Positions 1 through 7,279 of a DNA stretch of 18,258 nt are shown here, one piece after another. This DNA comes from Deltaproteobacteria bacterium. Its GTDB lineage: Bacteria > Desulfobacterota > Binatia > UBA12015. The first letter of the stretch is position 1; each line of letters starts with the position of its first letter. The stretch lies in contig JAYGCM010000039.1 in the NCBI GenBank assembly GCA_046583355.1, positions 1-18,258 on the forward strand, given 5' to 3'. Made by a program: the position numbers and the translations under genes. Under the pieces are notes generated by a model. That model had not been told where the DNA came from and searched no databases. It saw nothing but the letters and a program-made list of their open reading frames with translations.

Positions 1-2
1 TG

Positions 3-551
3 CGCTGGAAGGGCCTTGTGGAGTCGGTTCTCGAAGAGGCCGGTACGGTGCAGACCCTATGGTCGCCGGTAGAAGACCGCGATATGCTCCATCCCGGCCA
101 ATCGGCCGAGCTACGTTGCGAGGACCGCGTGCTGGGAATCGCGGGCGCTCTTCACCCGCGCATCGCCGAGGAATTTGGTCTTGGTGCGGGGCCTGTTTGG
201 CTGGCGGAGCTCGACCTTGAGGCTTGGCGGGAGGTCCGTTCCGGGCCTGCGCAATTCCGTAGCTTGGCGCGTCACCCGGCGACCCGCCGCGACCTGGCGC
301 TGGTGCTCGATGCGGCCTTGCCGGCAGGCGACGTGCTCGCTGCTTTGCGCGATAGCGGGGATTCTCTGATCGAGAGCGTGGAACTCTTCGATCAATATAG
401 CGGACGCGGTGTGAGCGAGGGCAAAAAAAGCCTCGGCTTTGCCGTCTCCTACCGCGCCGCGGACCGCACGCTCAAAGACGAAGAGGTCGATCTTTCGCAA
501 AAGCGATTGCTCGAACACCTCGGCCGTGTAATTTCCTACGAATTGCGCTGA
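3..551 (+). CDS. pheT: Phenylalanine--tRNA ligase beta subunit, C-terminal part (5' truncated by window)
   Basis: LHPGQSA, G.LHP and RRDLALVL...VELFDQYSG..V.EGKKSLGF.V.YR..DRTL.D.EV (FDX-ACB domain); directly upstream of ihfA. Confidence 0.97.
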   Translation, partial: RWKGLVESVLEEAGTVQTLWSPVEDRDMLHPGQSAELRCEDRVLGIAGALHPRIAEEFGLGAGPVWLAELDLEAWREVRSGPAQFRSLARHPATRRDLALVLDAALPAGDVLAALRDSGDSLIESVELFDQYSGRGVSEGKKSLGFAVSYRAADRTLKDEEVDLSQKRLLEHLGRVISYELR

Positions 552-571
552 GGGCGCGGAATGGATTGCGC

Positions 572-877
572 ATGACCAAGGCTGATATTGTAGAGCGAAT
601 TCAACAGCGCTCCCGTTCCTCACGGCCCGATGTGGCGGACATCGTCGAGTTGGTTTTCGAGCAGATCAAGGCCACCCTCGAGCGCGGCGAGAAGGTCAAG
701 CTCTCGGGCTTTGGCAACTTCGTGATTCACGACAAGCGTGCGCGGCGCGGGCGGAATCCGCAGACCGGTGAGCAGATCACCATCTCAAGTCGCCGGGTGC
801 TCTCGTTTCGACCGAGTGAGCTGCTGAAGCAGCGTGTCAATTCGGCTAGCGAAAAGTCGGTTCGCGATCTTCGCTGA
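572..877 (+). CDS. ihfA: Integration host factor alpha subunit
   Basis: MTKADIVE...GEKVKLSGFGNF...KRARRGRNPQTGE.I.I..RRV.SFRPS; canonical pheT-ihfA synteny; ATG at 572. Confidence 0.95.
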   Translation: MTKADIVERIQQRSRSSRPDVADIVELVFEQIKATLERGEKVKLSGFGNFVIHDKRARRGRNPQTGEQITISSRRVLSFRPSELLKQRVNSASEKSVRDLR

Positions 878-898
878 ACCCGACCTCTGGCTTGACTT

Positions 899-1354
899 CT
901 AGCGTTTGCGGTTGGGCTTGACGCTCGGGGTGAGTCGGTAGACGCGGTGCGACGAAGCGCGCGGGCGGGTTGATTCTGCTTGACGACGTGGCTCCATCAG
1001 ACGGTCGCGCAAGACGCTGGGCTCGATCGAAAGAGACTCGCAGATATTGTGGAACGAGAAGGGCCAGCTGCGGTCGTCGGAGCGGATCCATCTCTCGGAT
1101 TGCCGAGCGAGGAGGCGGGCGCGGACGCGGGGGCTTTGCAGGTGGTCCTGGAAGCAGCGGATCCCGTCTTCGAGGACGGCGAGCATCAGCGCACGCTCAC
1201 CGGCTACTTCTTCCAAGCCGAGCGAGCGGTCGAAATGCTGTTCGGGGAGGATGACATCAGGGGCAGAGTAGGAATCGGTGCGCTGGCTGGAGGTGGGCAT
1301 GATCGGGGCCGAAACGGGGAATTCATTGGCGAGGGAATGTGTGGCTGCTTTCAT
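899..1354 (-). CDS. Conserved hypothetical protein (~151 aa; ILPEQHF...GERALMLAVLEDG...WI.S....WPFSF.NICE.L motif)
   Basis: ORF 899..1408; ATG at 1354 has AGGAG about 11 nt upstream; protein-like helical core; resembles uncharacterised proteins I recall from deltaproteobacterial/Binatia MAGs (not verified). Confidence 0.8.
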   Translation of the reverse strand: MKAATHSLANEFPVSAPIMPTSSQRTDSYSAPDVILPEQHFDRSLGLEEVAGERALMLAVLEDGIRCFQDHLQSPRVRARLLARQSERWIRSDDRSWPFSFHNICESLSIEPSVLRDRLMEPRRQAESTRPRASSHRVYRLTPSVKPNRKR

Positions 1355-1404
1355 GGAACGACTGTCTCCTGTGTCAGATCTGGGGAACGGTTTCGGGACA
1401 GAAC

Positions 1405-1500
1405 TCAACGGCGGCGGTTGCCGAGAAGGAGAAGGCCGAAGGCGAAGCCGGCGACCAGCGCCGAGCAGAGTGTTGCAGTAGGGTCAGTGAGGGCGAGCAT
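1405..1500 (-). CDS. 31-aa single-pass membrane microprotein MLALTDPTATLCSALVAGFAFGLLLLGNRRR
   Basis: Translated by hand (below the ORF-track cutoff): ATG at 1500, TGA at 1407-1405; GGAGA 8 nt upstream of ATG; hydrophobic stretch followed by terminal RRR. Confidence 0.6.
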   Translation of the reverse strand: MLALTDPTATLCSALVAGFAFGLLLLGNRRR

Positions 1501-1577
1501 CTGGTAAGTCTCCAGCGAAAATTTGGGGAAAGTTCCGTATGGCGCGGGGTTGGAGCGCCGGAAGTATAATGGTCTTC

Positions 1578-1593
1578 AGCAAGACCCATGCCC
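1578..1593 (-). promoter_or_regulatory. Candidate sigma54 (RpoN) -24/-12 promoter
   Basis: Minus strand reads GGGCATG-GGTC-TTGCT: exact GG-N10-GC spacing, close to consensus TGGCACG-N4-TTGCW; points toward the microprotein and hypothetical gene. Confidence 0.6.
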
Positions 1594-1804
1594 CTTTGAA
1601 AAGACCCAAACGCCCGCGCCTCGTAGCTTTCTGAGGTTCTCCGCAACCCCCAAAATCAGGCATCGTTGCAAGGGGTGGGCCGTTCGCTCGATTTTCCGGC
1701 ATTTTCGCAAGGTTGTGCCGGGGCATAGGCGCCCGCGACGCTCGGATCCGAACCGGCTTTTTTCCCGGCGCACCGAGTTCGCCCGACAAACCACCGCGCT
1801 CGGC

Positions 1805-1833
1805 TTGCCCGAGGCCGATTCGGCCAGTAAAGA
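1805..1833 (+). promoter_or_regulatory. Candidate sigma70-type promoter of tRNA-Pro
   Basis: TTGCCC-N17-TAAAGA ending 9 nt before the tRNA 5' end. Confidence 0.4.
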
Positions 1834-1839
1834 CCTCGC

Positions 1840-1916
<77 letters not shown>

Positions 1917-1921
1917 CTGGC

Positions 1922-1961
1922 CCGCCGGCTCCGGGAGCATTTGCTTCCCGGAGCCCGGCGG
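1922..1961 (+). terminator. Long GC-rich hairpin after tRNA-Pro (terminator or processing stem; no U-tract)
   Basis: CCGCCGG-CTCCGGGA-GCA / TGC-t-TCCCGGAG-c-CCGGCGG inverted repeat. Confidence 0.5.
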
Positions 1962-2060
1962 TGGTCCGGAACCGGCCCGCTTGCCCGTTTGCCGCCCGAT
2001 CTGGTAGTTTGCTATCGGGCTTGGGCCATCAGGCCTGTGTCCATGGGGTTGTTGGTGGGG

Positions 2061-2606
2061 ATGATGTGGTGGAAAACGCGCGCCCGGCGGGGCGTTGCTT
2101 TGGTGATTCTATGGGTGGCCTGCGGCTGCGCCGCGGTGCCCGTGCGCTCGGCACCGGCGCCGGCCGCCGCCGATCCGTGGGCGCATCTGCCGCGCCACGC
2201 GCTTATCTGGCCCGCCATTGGGCGGCTGGCGGCGGATTTTGGTCCACGCGGCCAGGGCCACCATGATGGCATCGATATCCGCGGCCCCGAGGGCCTGCCG
2301 ATCCGTGCGGTTCTCGATGGCGAGGTCACCTTCAGCGGCGCATTGCGTGGCTACGGCAAGGTCGTGATCCTCCGTCACCACAACAAGCTGACGACGGTTT
2401 ACGCGCATAACCAGAACAACCTCGTCTCCACCGGCGCGCGGGTGCGCCGCGGCGCCGTCATTGCTTTGCTGGGTCGCACGGGCCGCGCGGCGGAGCCGAA
2501 CCTCCATTTCGAGGTGCGGCGCCGCAACCAGGCGCGTGATCCTTTGCGCTATCTGCCCCGCCGGGTCGGCATGCGTGACGGTACCAGGCAACGCTCAGGA
2601 AGCTGA
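2061..2606 (+). CDS. M23/LytM-domain lipoprotein, NlpD-like (probably catalytically degenerate)
   Basis: Basic N-terminus, hydrophobic stretch and ACGC lipobox-like motif; HDGIDI, GYG, TVYAHN, NLHFEVR, DPLRYLP; start could be 2043, 2061 or 2064. Confidence 0.88.
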   Translation: MMWWKTRARRGVALVILWVACGCAAVPVRSAPAPAAADPWAHLPRHALIWPAIGRLAADFGPRGQGHHDGIDIRGPEGLPIRAVLDGEVTFSGALRGYGKVVILRHHNKLTTVYAHNQNNLVSTGARVRRGAVIALLGRTGRAAEPNLHFEVRRRNQARDPLRYLPRRVGMRDGTRQRSGS

Positions 2607-2618
2607 GAAAGGTTTTTC

Positions 2619-3137
2619 ATGTCAGATCTGAAATCATTCATTCGCGAGATCCCGGATTTTCCCAAAGAGGGGATCAGCTACAAGGATATTACGCCACTCC
2701 TTGCCGATGCTGGTGCGCTCAAGGAAGTGACCCGTCAGCTTGCCGCGCCCTTTGTCGGCAAGGTCGATACGGTCGTCGGCATTGAGTCGCGCGGGTTCAT
2801 CTTCGGTGCTCCGGTTGCCTTGGAGCTTGGCGTCGGCTTTCAGGTCGTGCGCAAGCCCGGCAAATTGCCGGCCGAAACACACGCCATCACCTATGACCTC
2901 GAATACGGCACCGATACACTTGAGATCCATAAAGATGCGATCCCGGCGGGCGCACGCGTCTTGTTGGTCGACGACCTGCTCGCCACCGGCGGCACGGCAC
3001 ACGCCACCGTCGAGTTGCTGAGCCAGCTCGACGTCGAGATCGTCGCGGCGGCCTTCGTGATCGAACTGACCGCGTTGCCCGGGCGTGCGGCGCTTACGCC
3101 GGTTCCCGTGCACGCCATCCTGGGCTTTGGCGACTGA
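2619..3137 (+). CDS. apt: Adenine phosphoribosyltransferase
   Basis: IPDFPKEGI.YKDITPLL, GIESRGF, RKPGKLP, YDLEYGTD, VLLVDDLLATGGT (PRPP-binding motif). Confidence 0.97.
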   Translation: MSDLKSFIREIPDFPKEGISYKDITPLLADAGALKEVTRQLAAPFVGKVDTVVGIESRGFIFGAPVALELGVGFQVVRKPGKLPAETHAITYDLEYGTDTLEIHKDAIPAGARVLLVDDLLATGGTAHATVELLSQLDVEIVAAAFVIELTALPGRAALTPVPVHAILGFGD

Positions 3138-3139
3138 GC

Positions 3140-4354
3140 ATGGAAAAACCAATCCGCTCGACCTTCAAGCAAATGATGAACGAGGTCGTGGACTACGGCA
3201 GTTGCTGCGAATGCGGCGCCTGCGTCCTCGTCTGTCCGCATAATGTCATCGACTATATTGATGCCAAGCCCAAGCAGGTCGCCAAGGCATCGGCCGCGTT
3301 CGATTTCTGCGGCATCAGTGAAGGCATTGGCTGCGATGTTTGTGCGCAGGTCTGCCCGCGGCTTTTCCCGCGCGACTTTCAGCTGGCGCCCGAGGTCTTC
3401 CGTGACGAGAAGCCCGCCTACGACGGAATTTTCGGTCGCTACCGGCGAATTTTTGTTGCGCGATCGAGCGACCGTGCGATTCTCGATTCCGGCCAGGATG
3501 GCGGCGTGGTCACGACTCTTCTGGCCTATCTTTTTGAGAAGGGTCGGATCGATGGCGCCGCGGTATCGATGCGCGATCCCGACAAGCCCGCTCACCCCAT
3601 ACCCGCGCTGGTCACCTCCCGCGAGGAGGTTCTGGGCACGGCGGGGTCGTGGTACACCTATTGCCCCAACAACTTGGCGCTGCGTGAGGCCGAAGAAAAG
3701 GGCTGCGAGAAGGTCGCCTTCGTGGGCGTCCCGTGTCAGATCACGCCGATCCGCAAGATGCAGGCGGCTGATGCCTCCGAACTCGATAACGGCCGCAAGA
3801 AGGAAAAGATGGTCGCGCGCCAGACCGCCTTCCTCAAAAACGCCGGCGAGCGGGTCGACTGGAATATTGGATTGCTTTGCTCGGAGGTGTTCACCTACGA
3901 GGGCCTGATGGTCGAGAAGATCCAGGAAGAGATGGGCATCTCGCTCGAAGACGTGACGAAATTCAACGTCAAGGGCAAAGTCCTGATCTATAAAAAAGAT
4001 GGCGAAGTCGTCGATATGCCGCTCAAGCGTTCGCAGGAGTTCGCCCGGCCGGAATGCCACCATTGCGGGGATTTCACGGCCGAGCTCGCCGATATCTCAT
4101 GCGGTGGTGTCGGGACCACGGATTGGACGATCGTCATCCTGCGCACCGAGCGCAGCGAGAAACTCTGGGACGAGATGGTCACTGACGGCCGCTTCGAGAC
4201 TCGCCCGATGGATGAGTTCGAGAAGTCCATGAAGGTACTCCTGCGTCTCGCCCAACGGCAGCGCGAACGCGTGCCGGTGCCGCCGGGCCGCACGGCCGAT
4301 TGGGTGCGTCCGCCTTATGCTCTGCCAACCGATCGCGGCGGTTCAGCGGAATAG
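3140..4354 (+). CDS. Coenzyme F420 hydrogenase/dehydrogenase beta-subunit family protein (FrhB/FdhB/FpoF-like) with N-terminal ferredoxin domain
   Basis: CCECGACVLVCP and CDVCAQVCP ferredoxin motifs; GQDGGVVT, AGSWY, VGVPCQ, IGLLC, CHHCGDFTAELADISCGGVG FrhB-family motifs. Confidence 0.92.
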   Translation: MEKPIRSTFKQMMNEVVDYGSCCECGACVLVCPHNVIDYIDAKPKQVAKASAAFDFCGISEGIGCDVCAQVCPRLFPRDFQLAPEVFRDEKPAYDGIFGRYRRIFVARSSDRAILDSGQDGGVVTTLLAYLFEKGRIDGAAVSMRDPDKPAHPIPALVTSREEVLGTAGSWYTYCPNNLALREAEEKGCEKVAFVGVPCQITPIRKMQAADASELDNGRKKEKMVARQTAFLKNAGERVDWNIGLLCSEVFTYEGLMVEKIQEEMGISLEDVTKFNVKGKVLIYKKDGEVVDMPLKRSQEFARPECHHCGDFTAELADISCGGVGTTDWTIVILRTERSEKLWDEMVTDGRFETRPMDEFEKSMKVLLRLAQRQRERVPVPPGRTADWVRPPYALPTDRGGSAE

Positions 4355-5113
4355 GTCGTTCTCGGCCGGGCGGATCAGGCGCTGGCCGCCGGGCCCCTCG
4401 GTCTCGTCGGGGCGGGCCGCAGCCAGGGGCTTCCAGCCACGGATCAAAATGGCCGGCATGCCGTCGGATTTGCCCATCGCCAGGCCGGCGGCCGAGGCCA
4501 ATTGGTCGGCCGTGGCGATCTGCGTGACGCCCAACTCACGGCCGATCAAATCGGGCGAGCCGGCGAGGTCCTCGATCGGGTTCATACCGGCTACGCCGAG
4601 CGCAAATTCGACCTGTCCCTCGCGCCAGGGGCGTCCGAAGGTATCCGTGACGATGACCGCCAATTCGACTCCGAGCGAGTCGGCCAGGGCCGCGCGCAGC
4701 CGCTGCGCGGAGGCATCCGGGTCCAGGGGCAGAAGCGTAACCGTGCCCTCGCAGACGGCGTTGGATTGATCGATTCCGGCGTTGGCGCAGATCCATCCCG
4801 GCCCGGTCTCGACGATCAGGTTGCCACGCTCCATGCGCACGATGCGCCGGCTCTCGCGAAAGACCAACTCGATCAGCCGGGGGTCTTTCTCATATTCAGC
4901 CGCCCACGCCGAAGCCATCGCGGACGGTTCGATGGTATCGAGCGCGACGACGCGGCCTTCGGCCTTGGAGACGATCTTCTGGCAGACCACCAGAACATCG
5001 CCGTTTTTCACACCGAGCATCGAGGCGTCGATGGCGCGTGTCAGGATCGCGGCCAGGTCGTCGTTGGGCTGTACCTGGGGCATACCCGGTACGGGGAGAA
5101 TCATGATGGGCAT
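4343..5113 (-). CDS. cofE: Coenzyme F420-0:L-glutamate ligase (single-domain)
   Basis: GDVLVVCQKIVSKAEG, ANAGIDQSN, LLP.DPDASA, DTFGRPWREG, D.LA.AA.L.MGK..G.P. Confidence 0.96.
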   Translation of the reverse strand: MPIMILPVPGMPQVQPNDDLAAILTRAIDASMLGVKNGDVLVVCQKIVSKAEGRVVALDTIEPSAMASAWAAEYEKDPRLIELVFRESRRIVRMERGNLIVETGPGWICANAGIDQSNAVCEGTVTLLPLDPDASAQRLRAALADSLGVELAVIVTDTFGRPWREGQVEFALGVAGMNPIEDLAGSPDLIGRELGVTQIATADQLASAAGLAMGKSDGMPAILIRGWKPLAAARPDETEGPGGQRLIRPAENDLFR

Positions 5114-6073
5114 TCAGCGAGGCCTCTTCGGTCGTTCGGCGAGTTCGCTCGCCAGATCCAATGCCTGCCGTGCGACGGCAGCGGCGCGTGCCTTCGAGTT
5201 CATCAGCGTCGGTAGCGCGCGCGCCGCGATACCTGTCTTTTCGATCGCGCGCAGATGCCGCTGGTCGGCGTTGTCGACCACCAATCCCTCGATCAGGCCG
5301 CGGTAGATCGAGAGCAGGCCGGTGGGGGTAGGGCGGAAGCCGAGCCCACGCATCATTCGGTCGGCGGGTCCCTTCACCGGACGGCCTCCGATCAGTGGGG
5401 AGACGGCCACGATGGGCGCGTTTGCGCGGCGCAAGGCAGTACGCACGCCGCGCAGCGCGAGGATCGGCCCGATGCTGACGAAGGGATTGCTCGGCGCGAT
5501 GATGATCGTACCCGCACGCTCGATCGCGGCGAGCACACCGGGCGCCGGTTCGGCTTTGCGGATGCCGTCGTAGACGATCCGCCGTACCGTGCTGCGGGCG
5601 CGGTCGCGGACGAGGTATTCCTGAAAAGCCAGCTTGCCCTTGGGCGTGTAGATGATCGTGCGGACGCGATCGTCGGACATCGGTCGCACGTGGACGCGGA
5701 GCCCCAAGGCCTTGGCCTGCTTGCGCGTGATCTGGCTGAGCGTGCGACCGCGGCGCAGCTCTTTGGTGCGAAAGAGGTGGGTGGCGAGGTCCCGGTCGCC
5801 AAGGCGAAACCAGGTATCTTCGCCAAAGGCGTCCAGGGCCTCCATGGTGCGAAAGGTATCGCCGCGGATGCCCCAGCCCTGGGCGCGGTCGACCCATCCC
5901 GCAAGCGTATAGAGGATCGTGTCAACGTCGGGCGAGATATGCAGGCCGTGGAATTCATCGTCGTCGGCGGTGTTGACGATGACCTCGATCTGGTCATGCT
6001 TGACAGTTGCTGCGAGGCCGCGCAGCAGGCGGGCACCGCCCACCCCGCCGGCGAGGAGGAGGATTCTGGACAT
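5114..6073 (-). CDS. cofD: 2-phospho-L-lactate/PEP transferase (CofD/FbiA)
   Basis: LAGGVGGA, VNTADD, SPDVDT, WFRLGDRDLATH..RT, FQEY, PSNPFVSIGPIL, VKGPA; stop abuts the cofE ATG (TGAATG). Confidence 0.97.
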   Translation of the reverse strand: MSRILLLAGGVGGARLLRGLAATVKHDQIEVIVNTADDDEFHGLHISPDVDTILYTLAGWVDRAQGWGIRGDTFRTMEALDAFGEDTWFRLGDRDLATHLFRTKELRRGRTLSQITRKQAKALGLRVHVRPMSDDRVRTIIYTPKGKLAFQEYLVRDRARSTVRRIVYDGIRKAEPAPGVLAAIERAGTIIIAPSNPFVSIGPILALRGVRTALRRANAPIVAVSPLIGGRPVKGPADRMMRGLGFRPTPTGLLSIYRGLIEGLVVDNADQRHLRAIEKTGIAARALPTLMNSKARAAAVARQALDLASELAERPKRPR

Positions 6074-6097
6074 GAGGTATTGTGGTCGCGAGCAGGG

Positions 6098-7279
6098 CTA
6101 GGCGACGAGACTTTCTTCGATCTTGCCGTAGAGCGTAGTGCGCTGCCGGGGCCGGCGCCCCATCCCGCGCACGATCCGTTCGATTTCCTCGACCGGGGTA
6201 TATTCTCCCGCGGTAGCACCGGCTTCGCGCGAGATGCTCTCCTCCATCAGAGTGCCGCCGAAATCATTCACGCCCGCAGCCAACGAGGCGGCGGCGAGAT
6301 CATGGCCGAGCTTCACCCAGGAGGTCAGGATATTGTCGATCGAGCCGCGGAAGAAGAGACGCGAGATTGCGTAGATCCGCAGGTCTGTGGTGCCGTGCTT
6401 TTGCGGCGTCACCAGGCCGCGCTGGAAGAGCAGGGTATTGTTGTGGATGAAGCGCAGGGGAACGAACTCGGTGAACCCGCCGGTCTCGTCTTGTAGCTTC
6501 CGCAGCAATCCCAGATGCGCGGCAATATGATGGTCCTTCTCGACGTGGCCGTACATGATGGTCGAGGTCGTTGGGATGCCGAGCCTATGGGCCGTCGTGA
6601 TGATGTCGATCCATTGGCTTGTATCGACCTTCTTGTACGAGAGGATATCGCGGACCTCATCGTCGAGGATCTCGGCGGCCGTGCCCGGAATGCTGCCGAG
6701 GCCTTCGTCGCGAAGCTCGGTCAGGAACTCCTCGAAACTCTGGTTGGCGCGCCGCGAGCCGTAGAGGATCTCCATCGGCGAGAAGGCGTGCACATGCAAC
6801 GCCGGAAATTCTTTCTTGATCTTGATCAGGAGGTTTTTGTAGGTATCGGGCTTCATCTGGGCGTTGATGCCGCCCTGCATGCAGATCTCGGTGGCGCCGA
6901 GATTGATGCCTTCCTGAATCTTGCCGATGACGGTCTCGTCGTCGTGGTAATAGGCGTCGCTCTCCCAGCGTTGGCGTTTGAACGCGCAGAACTGGCAGCC
7001 GACGAAGCACACGTTGGTGAAGTTGATATTGCGATTGATGACGTAGGTGACATCGTCGCCGACGTCTTCGCGGCGGATATCGTCCGCTGTGGTGAGCAGC
7101 GCGCGTAGCTCCTTGCCTTCGACTTGCAGGAGCGCGAGCGTATCGCTTTCACTGATGCGCTTTTTCTCCAAGGCAGTCTCGAGGATGCGCGCGATCGGTA
7201 GCGAGGCGGCTTTGATATAGTCCGCCGCGGGGCGCCCGTCGGGGAGAATGTCGCGGAGCTCTTCAGCCATGCTGCTCAT
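6098..7279 (-). CDS. cofH: FO synthase subunit CofH (radical SAM)
   Basis: VTYVINRNINFTNVCFVGCQFCAF (CX3CX2C), HAFSPME, PGTAAEILDD, TSTIMYGH, FTEFVPL, SWVKLG, NDFGGTLMEESISR; lies between cofG and cofD; start 7279 or 7270. Confidence 0.94.
   Translation of the reverse strand: MSSMAEELRDILPDGRPAADYIKAASLPIARILETALEKKRISESDTLALLQVEGKELRALLTTADDIRREDVGDDVTYVINRNINFTNVCFVGCQFCAFKRQRWESDAYYHDDETVIGKIQEGINLGATEICMQGGINAQMKPDTYKNLLIKIKKEFPALHVHAFSPMEILYGSRRANQSFEEFLTELRDEGLGSIPGTAAEILDDEVRDILSYKKVDTSQWIDIITTAHRLGIPTTSTIMYGHVEKDHHIAAHLGLLRKLQDETGGFTEFVPLRFIHNNTLLFQRGLVTPQKHGTTDLRIYAISRLFFRGSIDNILTSWVKLGHDLAAASLAAGVNDFGGTLMEESISREAGATAGEYTPVEEIERIVRGMGRRPRQRTTLYGKIEESLVA

Noticed and set aside
1565..1570. 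Perfect TATAAT on the plus strand
   Set aside because: No -35 at 16-18 bp, no TGn extension, and no credible gene immediately downstream
1706..1720. Sigma54-like CGGCACAACCTTGCG on the minus strand
   Set aside because: GG-N9-GC spacing; sigma54 requires N10
2891..4063. 390-aa minus-strand ORF (likewise 5255-6496, 7722-8807, 8976-10049, 10031-11137)
   Set aside because: Antisense to well-supported genes; explained by codon bias
3140..4354. F420-reducing hydrogenase or methanogenesis marker
   Set aside because: No FrhA/FrhG or maturation genes in the window; context is clearly bacterial
6098..7279. Alternative call as MqnC/MqnE (futalosine pathway)
   Set aside because: Position between cofG and cofD and the GGTLMEESISR-type C-terminus favour CofH
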